Positions 12,150 through 25,369 of a stretch of DNA of 64,000 nucleotides are shown one piece after another. Position 1 is the stretch's first letter; each line of letters begins with the position of its first letter. Below the pieces are notes generated by a model. That model searched no databases and had not been told where the DNA came from. It saw nothing but the letters and a program-made list of their open reading frames with translations. Made by a program: the position numbers and the translations under genes. Source of the stretch: Macrostomum lignano (Eukaryota). Location: positions 1-64,000 of the forward strand of contig NIVC01001364.1 of assembly GCA_002269645.1 (NCBI GenBank), read 5' to 3'.

Positions 12150-13450
12150 CCTGGATACGAGTGTCTATCTGCTGAACACGTGTGTCCATCTACTAAACAG
12201 GTGTGTCCATCTGCTGAACACGTGTGTCCATCTGCTGGATACCTGTGTCCATCTGCTGAACACGTGTGTCCATCTACTAAACAGGTGTGTCCATCTGCTG
12301 AACACGTGTGTCCATCTGCTGGATACGTGTGTCCATCTGCTGAACACGTGTGTCCATCTGCTGGATACCTGTGTCCATCTGCTGAACACGTGTGTCCATC
12401 TGCTGGATACGTGTGTCCATCTGCTGAACACGTGTGTCCATCTACTAAACAGGTGTGTCCATCTGCTGAACACGTTTTTCCATCTACTGAACACGTGTAT
12501 CCATCTGCTGAACACGTTTTTCCATCTACTGAACACGTGTGTCCATCTGCTGAACACGTGTATCCATCTGCTGAACACGTGTATCCATCTGCTGAACACG
12601 TTTTTCCATCTACTGAACACGTGTGTCCATCTGCTGAACACGTGTGTCCATCTGCTGAACACGTTTTTCCATCTACTGAACACGTGTGTCCATCTGCTGA
12701 ACACGTGTGTCCATCTGCTGAACACGTGTGTCCATCTGCTGAACACGTGTGTCCATCTACTAAACAGGTGTGTCCATCTGCTGAACACGTGTGTCCATCT
12801 ACTAAACAGGTGTGTCCATCTGCTGAACACGTGTGTCCATCTGCTGAACACGTGTGTCCATCTACTAAACAGGTGTGTCCATCTGCTGAACACGTGTGTC
12901 CATCTGCTGAACACGTGTGTCCATCTACTAAACAGGTGTGCCCATCTGCTGAACACGTGTGTCCATCTGCTGGATACGTGTGTCCATCTGCTGAACACGT
13001 GTGTCCATCTGCTGGATACGTGTGTCCATCTGCTGAACACGTGTGTCCATCTACTAAACAGGTGTGTCCATCTGCTGAACACGTGTGTCCATCTGCTGAA
13101 CACGTGTGTCCATCTGCTGAACACGTGTGTCCATCTACTAAACAGGTGTGTCCATCTGCTGAACACGTGTGTCCATCTGCTGAACACGTGTGTCCATCTA
13201 CTAAACAGGTGTGTCCATCTGCTGAACACGTGTGTCCATCTGCTGGATACGTGTGTCCATCTGCTGAACACGTGTGTCCATCTGCTGGATACCTGTGTCC
13301 ATCTGCTGAACACGTGTGTCCATCTGCTGAACACGTGTGTCCATCTGCTGAACACGTGTGTCCATCTGCTGAACACGTGTGTCCATCTGCTGGATAGGTG
13401 TGTCCATCTTCTGGACACGTGTCTACCTGCTGAATGCGTGTGTCTATCTG
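12150..13450. repeat. 21-bp minisatellite (CCATCTGCTGAACACGTGTGT) with interspersed variant units
   Basis: About 60 units; variants TACTAAACAG, GCTGGATAC and GTTTTT. Confidence 0.96.
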
Positions 13451-14196
13451 CTGGACACGGGTCGACCGGTTGGTTTTGTATTCTGACGCTTCAAAAATCT
13501 TTTTTGATTTGCTGCTCTTTTAGTGTATGTATATTTTTTTCATTAAAGTATTCACCGTCTTTTACAAGAGTATCACAGTCCTATAGCTGGTATTTCGCCA
13601 TAATTGAGTCTCGAACATTTCTATATATCTATAGCAACAAGTATTTACTTGTGGAATGGGAAAAATTAGACAACAAAAAATTAGTTTTTATTTAGCCAGA
13701 AAATTTTCATACTTGGATAAATCAAATTTCACTTGCTAGAATCGCTACTCACCTTAGATTTGTTAGTAGCATATTAGGCAACTGTTTTTCATTTTAACTT
13801 CCCTCTTCAACCCAAACAGAAGGCAAACAGTTTGAGGGAGACGAAAATCTGTTATATTTCACTTAAAAAGATAAAGAACAAATAAGCGTCCGGAAGTGCT
13901 TGGACGGAGTTAACTATGCAAAATAAATCAAACGTTGAAATTTAGTGCAAAATTACATTACTTAATTAAAGTACTCAATTACATTATTTACTTAGCTGAT
14001 GTAAATCCATAAGCGCGGGGAGACGCCAGGGAATTTTGAGGGCAAAAGTCCTCCACCAGTGCACGGTTTTAAAAGTGCCGCAAATAGGTCCACGAGCTCA
14101 CTTAAGATAGTACGAGCTAGTACTTAAAGAACTGTAATTCTTAAATAAGTAAGTTGAGATCATGCAGATAAGTGTTTAACTCAGACCAAATGACTT

Positions 14197-14889
14197 TCAG
14201 AGGCCCGGCCCGACGCGGTTCGAACTGTGCCCGCCGCTGTCCTCGAAGAACATGAAGTCGATGAGCAGCGCCGCGGCTACAAGAATCGACTTAACCTGGA
14301 CGCTTGTATCATTGGCCACCTCTACCTTGAAGTTGTCGGCATCGGTGAACAGCTCCTTGGCCAGGCCGCCCCACTCTTTGTACAGCTTGCCGACCTCCTG
14401 GCTGCCGTCTGCGCTCAGAAGCCGGAATTTGTACTTCTGGCCGGGGCAGCGGCAGCCGCAGAAGCAGGGGCCTTCGATGAGCAACATGACGTCACCGTTG
14501 GCGTCCCGGATGCTGAAGTTGGCGTTGCAGGCGTTGTACTCCTGCTTCACGAAGCCGATTACGTTACCTGGCGGCGCCTCGCAGGTCACGCAGTCCTTGC
14601 AGCAGTCGCAGCAGCTGAAGCACTGGCCGATACAGCTGTACTTGTAGTCCCGCTTCACCTCCATGACGATCTTGTCCGAGTCCTTCTCCTCGATCTCGAT
14701 GCGGAACGGTCGCTGGGAGCCGAGGCACATCCTCGAGCAGACTCCCGAGTGCTCCTTGGCCTTGTACACCTTCTTCCCTTCGCTGTCCTTGATGTCATAC
14801 TTGTTGTTAGTCTCGAAGCCCGTCAGCGCCTCCAGCATCTCAACCTGCTGCTTCACCTTGAAGCTGCTGCTGCCGGCGAGTTTGTCCAT
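14197..14889 (-). CDS. PLSCR: Phospholipid scramblase (PLSCR family), intronless, 230 aa
   Basis: KQQVEMLEALTGFETNNKYDI, Cys-rich CCDCC palmitoylation-type segment, DADNFKVE Ca-binding-type motif and C-terminal KSILVAAALLIDFMFFE; in-frame TAA shortly upstream of the ATG. Confidence 0.93.
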   Translation of the reverse strand: MDKLAGSSSFKVKQQVEMLEALTGFETNNKYDIKDSEGKKVYKAKEHSGVCSRMCLGSQRPFRIEIEEKDSDKIVMEVKRDYKYSCIGQCFSCCDCCKDCVTCEAPPGNVIGFVKQEYNACNANFSIRDANGDVMLLIEGPCFCGCRCPGQKYKFRLLSADGSQEVGKLYKEWGGLAKELFTDADNFKVEVANDTSVQVKSILVAAALLIDFMFFEDSGGHSSNRVGPGL

Positions 14890-15464
14890 GTGAGTTTCTA
14901 AAGCTCGTTGAGCACTTTATTTAGACAGATAACCGTAGCCAGCTCGGTGCAGCGGGTGCTTAACCTCTTTTAGTGCCCAGAATTATATGTACACTTAAAG
15001 CATACTGGAGCCGGGGGGGGGGGTTGGGTGCTCGCTACAGTTCAATTGTGTTCACGATGCATTCCAGCTTCTATGCAGATTTATTAGGCTCAGCAACCCC
15101 TAACACGTACCTCTTATTTATGCTTTGCTTCTTTGCTATAAAATGTCTTTCTATAGCCAGCCCTGCTATACAGTTGCCATGGCGATAAGAGAGATAAGGT
15201 AGCTGAGCTTGAGTCTTCTGAGCGAGTTGAGAAGAGATCTGTCGGTCTCTCTGTAAAGCAACGATCATAGGGCGATAATAACGAAGTTATAGCGTGTATT
15301 ATGCACGACTCGCGCATTAAGATTCTTAAGGAAGAATTCGAATTGCTTCAGTCTTTATTGTCAATGAAGACACCTGCTGCATCAACGTTGAAAAAGTGCA
15401 TATCAGGGAATCGGATACTTTGTGCATGATGAGCACATTTGCCATTTGCTGCTGTAATTTGCCA

Positions 15465-16514
15465 GTGCGAACTTGTGCCAGACTGTCAAAATTCTCAGGC
15501 ATTCTTGTGCCAGACTGTCAAAATTCTCAGGCGCTTGTGCCAGAGTGTGATACAATTCACGGGCGCTTGTGCCAGAGTGTGACACAATTCACGGACACGC
15601 TTGTGCCAGAGTGTGACACAATTCACGGGCGCTTGTGCCAGAGTGTGACACAATTCACGAGCGCTTGTGCCAGAGTGTGTCGAAATTCACAGACACGCTT
15701 GTGCCAGAGTGTGACACAATTCACAGACACGCTTGTGCCAGAGTGTGACACAATTCACGGACACGCTTGTGCCAGAGTGTGACACAATTCACAGACACGC
15801 TTGTGCCAGAGTGTGACACAATTCACGAGCGCTTGTGCCAGAGTGTGTCGAAATTCACAGACACGCTTGTGCCAGAGTGTGACACAATTCACAGACACGC
15901 TTGTGCCAGAGTGTGCCACAATTCACGGACACGCTTGTGCCAGAGTGTGACACAATTCACAGACACGCTTGTGCCAGAGTGTGACACAATTCACAGACAC
16001 GCTTGTGCCAGAGTGTGACACAATTCACGGACACGCTTGTGCCAGAGTGTGACACAATTCACAGACACGCTTGTGCCAGAGTGTGACACAATTCACAGAC
16101 ACGCTTGTGCCAGAGTGTGACACAATTCACAGACACGCTTGTGCCAGAGTGTGACACAATTCCCGAGCGCTTGTGCCAGAGTGTGTCGAAATTCACAGAC
16201 ACGCTTGTGCCAGAGTGTGACACAATTCACAGACACGCTTGTGCCAGAGTGTGACACAATTCACGAGCGCTTGTGCCAGAGTGTGTCGAAATTCACAGAC
16301 ACGCTTGTGCCAGAGTGTGACACAATTCACAGACACGCTTGTGCCAGAGTGTGACACAATTCACGGACACGCTTGTGCCAGAGTGTGACACAATTCACAG
16401 ACACGCTTGTGCCAGAGTGTGACACAATTCACAGACACGCTTGTGCCAGAGTGTGACACAATTCACGGACACGCTTGTGCCAGAGTGTGACACAATTCGC
16501 AGACACGCTTGTGC
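15465..16514. repeat. 34-bp minisatellite (CTTGTGCCAGAGTGTGACACAATTCACAGACACG)
   Basis: About 30 tandem units with a degenerate left edge. Confidence 0.95.
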
Positions 16515-17249
16515 AGTCTTCCCAACAATCGGCAATATTATAATCGGCATTAATCGCTTGAGACCATGCAGGACTTGCAGAGGAATAATTCCTGCTTGGC
16601 TTGGGAGATAAGCCAAGCCCTGGATTATCGCCCCCCCCGGCTCTCAGCCAGTTCAACCACAACTGCAGTTTTCTTTGATCCCCACAGTGGGGACAGCTGC
16701 ATGGTAATTTGTTAAGCTCCGCGCTCTCTCTTAAATTTTTGTTACTGGGAGGGGGCTGTCCAGGGCGAGTCTCGGCAACCGCAGCTTTCGGGCCTCTGCA
16801 TTCCAGTAGTGAAGAGCTCAGTTGAGCACAATAGAGACACAATAGCTGTCCACAGAGTTAGGAATTTGCAGCTGTTTAGGAAATATAGAGACAGAAGACA
16901 GTCCAAGAGGGAGCGAAGTGGAGTGTGGGGTGGTTGATCTATTCTACAGCACTGTAACTATGCGCTGGCCCGCTGTGGCTAATCCAGTTTAAACCGGCCC
17001 GGTCTCGTGACTCATTCCGTTTGGGCGCGTTGGTTGGCTAGGTGGTGAGCGTTGAAATTCTTAGTTTAATGCCTAAGGCGCAACAGGGAAGTCTGCAAGG
17101 ACTTTACCCCCCCCCCCAGAATGAAAAATTCGTTAAGAAGATAATTGCGAGGAAGGGTTCTTGAAAAGTGCTGCTTCGGTTCTGCGCGTGGCTGCGTCAG
17201 TTAGAAGGGCACAGGAATCGGCCTGGGATGCAGCTTGGGGAGTACGACG

Positions 17250-17815
17250 TTTGCTTGCGGGAAGTTTGCTTGCCGAAGTCTGCTTGCCGAACTTTGCTTG
17301 CAGAAATTTTGCTTGCCGAGGTTTGCCAGCCAAATTTTTCTTGCTGAACCTTAAAGAACCTATTTTTGAGCTCTTGTATATCTAATTTTCATTTTCTGAG
17401 ATTCGTGAAAGTCGCGTATAGTGTTATGATTTAGTATGAGGATATGGCGGATTTGAAAGCCCTAACGGAGAAATGGAATAATTTAGTTTTTTACTGGGAT
17501 CGGAATATATTTGCAACAAAAATTGGAAACCATTTCGAACAATACCCATATCGAATAATTTAGGCAGCGATCTGTACAGAATAGATTTTTTGCAAATGAA
17601 TTTGCCACCGATCTGTGAATTGCTACATATCATGACTCGTTAGGATACCCTAATACCCTACCTAATACCCTAATTATCAGTTCGACGGTGATAAGAATCC
17701 ACTTGCAAAGCATCTGTAGTAAGTAGTAATTGACTGACCAACTTCACAAGCAATCAAAACAAGCAAGCAAACAAGAAAATAATTCGGCAAGCAAAGTTCG
17801 GCAAGCAAAATTCAT
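17250..17815. mobile_element. Possible foldback/MITE-like element with inverted subterminal TTTGCTTGCCGAA arrays
   Basis: TTGCTTGCCGAA-type repeats at 17250-17345 and their reverse complement at 17765-17815; no TSD found. Confidence 0.45.
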
Positions 17816-17894
17816 AGACCCACAGCTTGTCGTGTGATTCAAGGCCCAAGAGGTCCAAGTCCCAACGCACATGTAGGATTGTCACAGCCGCTAT

Positions 17895-18205
17895 ACTTAT
17901 TTATTCTCAGGATACACCTTGGCGCCTTTGGACTTTCCGCCTTTTCGCTGACTCCTTTCGCTTACATCGGCACGAACGCTCACAAAGGGTGCACAGCGGC
18001 CCCGACTTTCTGATGGCCAAGCATGTACTCTCTCTGTGCCTTGGGAGTTAACCATCATGGTTTTTAATCGCACAAAAATCCTCTGGCGAATTTTCCTGCA
18101 CACAAGCCAATGTGGCGGCTCACGGATTTGAACCAGGGTTCACGGTGCGTTCACCTCCAAGCTGCTCTGCTTCCTTAGCCTCTGTGCACCCTGTGTGAGC
18201 ACATC
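17895..18205 (-). mobile_element. tRNA-derived SINE, copy 1
   Basis: B-box GGTTCAAATCC on the minus strand; collinear similarity to 60890-61070; ends near AATAAATAA. Confidence 0.6.
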
Positions 18206-18659
18206 CGCGTGTGCGCGTGCTCATGGCTCATCGAAATCAACATAAAAGAATAACATTTTATGGTTTTATTTGCCGAACATTAATAAATATTATTGTACGA
18301 ATTGCTCTTTTATTATAAATTAAATTCGCGGGGGAGGGGGCGCAACTGTAGATTTAGAGCAGCTTTCGAAGAGCTCGCGGCTCAAGCGGTAAAAGCAGGC
18401 AAAAGTTGATGTCGGCTTTTGAAAAAACTTCGAAGAGAATTTGATTAATTTTTTTTATATGAAGCGGATTGAAGACGCGGATTAATAGCAGAGAAGCGGA
18501 CTGCTGGTTGATAAAGAGATTCGAGAGGCCTTCAGTAAATAAATTTCGGGATTTCAAAATATAAGCGGGTGCCGTTATTGTCAGCTCATAATAGTTTCAG
18601 TTTTCGCCTCTACTTTTCAAATTCAACAGTTCAGTTTTTGCTGTTCGGTCAGCTGGAGA

Positions 18660-19493
<834 letters not shown>

Positions 19494-19507
19494 TCATGTC
19501 CTTGTTA

Positions 19508-20098
<591 letters not shown>

Positions 20099-20112
20099 TC
20101 AGGTTGGATCTG

Positions 20113-20199
20113 CTGAAATTGACGAGATGGAGAATTATCGCTAGAATGGCAAGTAAACAAAAGCAATTATACCAGCTTAAAGTTGTGTGACTGACTCAC
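20113..20199 (-). other. TUBB: Probable 87-bp 5'UTR intron of beta-tubulin
   Basis: CA|GTGAGT donor at 20199 and tttcag acceptor at 20113, 17 nt upstream of the ATG. Confidence 0.6.
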
Positions 20200-22696
20200 T
20201 GTGTTTTTTCGGAGAAGAATTCGGTCGAATAAGCTCTGTTCGGTCGATTCGTTTGCTGGGATGCGTCAGGCAGGGGCGTCTCCGGCCGGACCGAATCTTA
20301 TAGAGAACTGGCGCGGGGAGGGGAGCCCTCTGTTTGGGGAGAGGATCAAGCGTAAGGGGAATGGGAAAAACGACTGGGGGAGGGGTGGTTCCGATATCCG
20401 TTCCTCTGAGTCTCGTCTCCTCCTCCTGAAGCGAGAGAGCATAGCAGGCGGGGAGGGAGTAGACCAAAGGTCTGAGTCATGTCCCGCTATCCGCTCTCCA
20501 CGCTTATTTTCTGCTTCTGCCCGCACTCACACTCTTCCCCCGTCTCCATTGCTCTGCTGTGCAGTTCAGCATAAACATTCTTCTCCGTTTGAGACCTGGA
20601 CTGGGCTAATAAATCGATACTCTTATTTAGCGGCCGATGCTGCTCGGGCTCTGGGTTGGGACTCGGTCGCAATCGGAGGAAAGAGTTGTAGGAGAAAAAA
20701 AGCGGGAATTCGGGGGGACGAGCGGTGCGGGCTTTCTGGGTGGCTGGGCGGCTTTCCGACTCGTGGGCGAAGAGGAAAACGCGTGCGGGAGCGGAAGAGA
20801 GAGAGAGACGGGGCAGGGGAGTTGAGCACTGCTCTGTCTGTCTGGCCATCGAGGGGAGCCGGGTGTGCTGCAGCTGGCTCAACTGTCTCGAGCACCCGTC
20901 GAGTCCATGCGGACCCTCCGCCAGCCCCCCTAAACCCGGCCATTCGTTCATACTGTCGGGGAGTTCTGAATAGCAACATCTGGAGTGTTTTGAGGCTGTC
21001 TGGAAGACTCAAATTCATCGCCTGTCAATTTGATTTAAATAGTGGCCGGAATATGACACGACGCAATAAATGCATCACAGTCGAATAGATGAGCCTTAAT
21101 TTTACATAATCGAGCCTATCGAAAAAAACTATACCGGTCGACAGTTTCCACTCCAGCTAGCTTTAAACAAAAACTCCTTGTTCAAAGCAGCTGCCGTTGC
21201 ATAAACAGCTTGGGGAGATATAAGAGTAGTTAAAGCCTATAGCGGCTCGAGGGTCGAGCCCAGAGGATTGCCTCACGCGCTTTGGCATGCGGGCGGCCAA
21301 AAATTCCGAGTGCGCGGCGCGGGCCGAGGGCAAGTGCAGAAATCGATGCCAGCGACTTGCATTGACGGTGCGGTGCCTGTGTCTGCATGCCATTTGCATT
21401 CCTCTCTGCTCGATAATGACGCTCTGTCAAATGGGCAGCAGCACGCTTGAGAGGGTGCTCACTGCTGCTCTATTGCTGCATACAGTATGAGTAAGGATTT
21501 AGGCGATTTGCAGTGTAACAACTACATGTATAAGTTATAGTGAATCATGAAATTCAGCATTTTCTATCGAGATTTCTGCATGCACATATACAATGCCATT
21601 TTTTGTCCTGACTTCAAGGATCGAGCAGTATACGTTCGTCGGGATGCCATGATTAATGCAAAGCAATGTTTAATTTATACATGTACTGTGTACGATTCTA
21701 TATTGACAGCCAAAATGAGCAAAATTTCCCTGTGCTTTTTATTAATGATTCATATGAGCGTATCAGCTTTACATGCATGCTTTTTGTGCACGGTCTCTGC
21801 TCATTATGATTTCGGGGTTCACGAAAAAACGGGTAAACCTTTTTATTTACATGTACAATTCGATTTATCAGAGTTAAAATTCTGCCATGCATTTACTCAT
21901 ATAATTGTTGTTTATAATTAAGGTACAATTATATATTATATATGATTATAAAGGTTCTGCAGCCTGACAGCTTTAATGAAGCCACGACAGTCGGGTGCCT
22001 CTTGAAATTTAAATTTACATGCTCATGTATGTCGTAGTCATTAGAGGCCAATATAAAATGCGTATATATATATTTTTTGAGCACCCACATCCTCTAATTT
22101 TGGTTTGTACATGTATTAGTTTCGCGGTATTCAAATAAAATGGCTCATAAATCTTTAATTAGATATGTACAAAAGTGTCAGCAGGGATTGCTTAGGTATA
22201 AGAAACTCTTTTCTTAAGAGTTTGTTGGTATAAATAAATACAATACAATAAATAACTACTAAATAGTAGTATATACCATACAAAAGCCAAGGACGACTTA
22301 AGTCAAAAGACAAAAGCATGCAACTACTTAAAGTAAATGCACATGAATTACACTCTTTATGGCAAAAAGAATAAAAAACTGCAGTTTCAAGTTTAAAGTT
22401 TTTTGATTCTTGTATCACTAAGTATCAATGCAAAAAATGCTTCGTTTTTTACGTACACAGTTCTTGGAAATATATCGTTTTAAAATACATAACATCCGAG
22501 TCGAAGTCTCGTGAAATGTTTAGCAGCAGCAGACACTACCAGACTTAAGGGCTCTAAGAGCTCCAAACTAAAGCTGTTCTAGTCTTTTTATTTTGACTTA
22601 ATACGTCTGGCTGGGGTTAGAATTACAGTACCTGCAGTTGCAGATACAGAGTGAAAAAGAAATTTAAGTTATTCTTGTGGCATTATTAATGAGATA

Positions 22697-22747
22697 ATGG
22701 CTTCTAGTTCTAGACGGGAAAGAGAAATTCGAAAAGAGATCGATGAG
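22697..22747 (+). CDS. Candidate first coding exon (MASSSRREREIRKEIDE), possibly of the rhomboid gene
   Basis: ATG-initiated 17 codons ending at GAG|GTAAGA (phase 0), matching the phase-0 acceptor at 29995. Inference only. Confidence 0.3.
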
Positions 22748-23199
22748 GTAAGAAAAATCTTTCAATGGGCTTTGTATATATGACCAAAAAAATACAGAGC
22801 CAGACTTCCAGTAGCTGATCTTAAAATATGTTCTGGCCTGTTATCATATCTAGGCCCTAGTGTTGTGAAAAAAGAGCAAAAAAATCATAAATAACTTATT
22901 AGTTTTTATTTAAATTATTTGCTTTTAATTAATGCTCTATACTTTTTTATTTGCTTTTTATTTTACACTTAAAATAAAAAATTAAAGCTTATGCCTTATG
23001 CTTTCTTCTATTTTTGCTTCAACATACATGCACAACAGTCAGCCGATCCAGCCAACTGATTTGGTGGCCAACCAAGGTAAGTCACAAAAATGCCCACCTG
23101 AATAAATATCAAAGTAGTGCTAAGTAGATGACGAGGCATATTGCCTTAATAAAACAGTCATAGTTACTCCTGCCGGCTTCTTTTACATGCCATAGTCAC

Positions 23200-24238
23200 T
23201 AGTCAGGAAGGTGTCCAATGTATGCAGGAACTAATTCTGGGCAAAATTAAGCCTGTACGCCAATGTACGCCAATTTTTTTAGCTTCATTTCCCAGCATGG
23301 AATTCTTGCATCTGGCATATAAAATGGAAAATTGCGACTTTTTTCGGTGCGCAATTCCATATTGAACCAAACGCAATTTTACAATCTTTAACAAAATTTA
23401 GTGGTGCAATTTTTAGCATTACCAATTGTCAAAATAATGTTTTGCGATAGTGTTATACTAGCATTTTTTGACGACTCGTTACAATAAATATTAAACTGAT
23501 TATCTTTGTTTTTTTAAGTAGAGAATTTTAAATTTGAACAGTTTGTAAATAACGAAGTATAAATGTTACGTTTTTATAGTAATTCTAGATTTAATACAGT
23601 AAAGTCAGTAATTTATAAATTTAAACTGTGTAAACAGTCACAAAATAATTCGCAATTTTTGTCGCATTTCTTGCAGCCCGTACAGGTGCGCAATTTTTTT
23701 TGAGTTGCGCAATTTTTCGCAATTTTTTTCCTGAACGCAAAAATGTGTTGCAATTTTCATGCAAGAATTCCATCCTGGTTCATTTTGAACATTACGCTGT
23801 ACGCTGAAGTCCTTTTTCTGTATCATTTTTCCACACTTTATTGCACGCAACAATTTAAAAAATTGAAAACAGAAACAAATAAAGCAATTCTTTTTTCACA
23901 AAAGTGCAAAATAACAATCTTTAGTAATAGTTTTCCATTATCTGCTTAGCTTACTTTTTATTATTCTTTCATTTTTCAATGGCCATAAATCAGCAAAGAC
24001 ATACGATACAATGCAAATGAGATTAAATATGATTTGTAAAAAAGGTCACAGTGCTTGCTTATGTACGGTACGCGGACAGTGGTTATGATGCCACACTCTG
24101 GTACGCCAATTTTGTCGTTCTGTTGTGTGTATGCAGATACGCAGATACACTAGTTTTCTGAAGATCTATACGCCAAAACTGATTCTAATGGCCAAGTATA
24201 CGCAGGAATATTCCTACGTATGGACACCTTCCTGACTA
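23200..24238. mobile_element. Non-autonomous TIR element (MITE), TA-flanked
   Basis: Perfect 18-bp inverted termini TAGTCAGGAAGGTGTCCA (23200) and TGGACACCTTCCTGACTA (24221-24238); AT-rich interior with no transposase; interrupts a repeat that is uninterrupted at 26190-26320. Confidence 0.8.
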
Positions 24239-25369
24239 TGGTTTATATGTAAGTTGCATTTTTGGCCAAAAAATACGTTGCATTTATGTTAAAACTAAGT
24301 CGCACGGCCGACTGAATTTTGGAGGTTGCACATGTATGTGCTTCAATATTCAATAAATCAAAATGTTAAAATAGAAAAATTTAATGGAATTTCTAACAAA
24401 TCAAGTCAACAATGTAAAAGAATTTTTAACATTTGTCTTTTTTCTTTTTTTGTATTTAGATGATTTTCTTGTCTTTTATTTTTTTGCAAATGATATTTAA
24501 TGAAATTTGAGTAATCATTAGCTAATAGGCCTATTAAGCCTTATGGCAATTATCAAGTTCTATTTGTCATACAAGTGCAACCTTGGGAATCGCTTGGCCA
24601 TTTCTATTAGCAACATATACAATTAAAATGTAAATGTAAATTGCTAATGGCTACAAGTAGTCATGTGACTATTATTCCATCCAGTGACTTATATCTTATA
24701 TGTATGTTGCCAATAGAAATGGCTAGGTTAATCCCTAGGTTGCACCCAAGCATGCTATTTGTTAAATTATTTTGACTCTAGAAAAGTATAGTACAAACTA
24801 TTTTAAGTACAAATAGCTATTTTTAAGATATTTAAGTTTAATCAAGCATTAATTTATTGTTTCAAAACTTGTTATAATATATCTAGTACCCAAAAACTAC
24901 AATAGTCTATGGTCAAACTACCAACAAACAGCAAAAGCTTTACATGCTATAGTACTAGGAAATCTATAATAGGATATTCCTAAATGGCTTCACTAGGTTT
25001 AGTTAATACTACAATTCTTCTAAATATGTTTCACATAGGGCTTGTGAAATCCCATGCATGGCACATAGCATAGCCTTGCTAAATTTAGGACTTTACTTTT
25101 AGTCATTTGTTATTTATCAAATTGTTAAAGATCATTGATATTTAGACTTGACCATAGACCTTTTTCAAGTTGAAAAATGTTCAAATGTTCTGGCTATAGA
25201 CTATTGCAGCTTTCCAGGGTCAGATATATAACAAGTTTTGAAGCATTGAATTAGTGCTCAATCAGGCTTAAGTCTCTTAAAAGTTTTATTTGTACTTAAA
25301 ATAGTTTGTAGATTACTTTTTTGGATTCAAAATAATTTAACAAACAAAACTTGACAATTGCCAACCTTA

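Noticed and set aside
11807-12189. ORFs of 109-117 aa next to the 21-bp array
   Set aside because: No recognisable domain; partly derived from the repeat.
10366-13695. Repetitive ORFs (KATRHQSD..., CPSAEHV..., CVHLLNT...)
   Set aside because: Stop-free tandem units that are open in several frames on both strands; no domain or splice support.
20201-21088. 295-aa ORF upstream of beta-tubulin
   Set aside because: TTG start, Arg/Gly-rich, overlapping ORFs on both strands; typical of a GC-rich promoter region.
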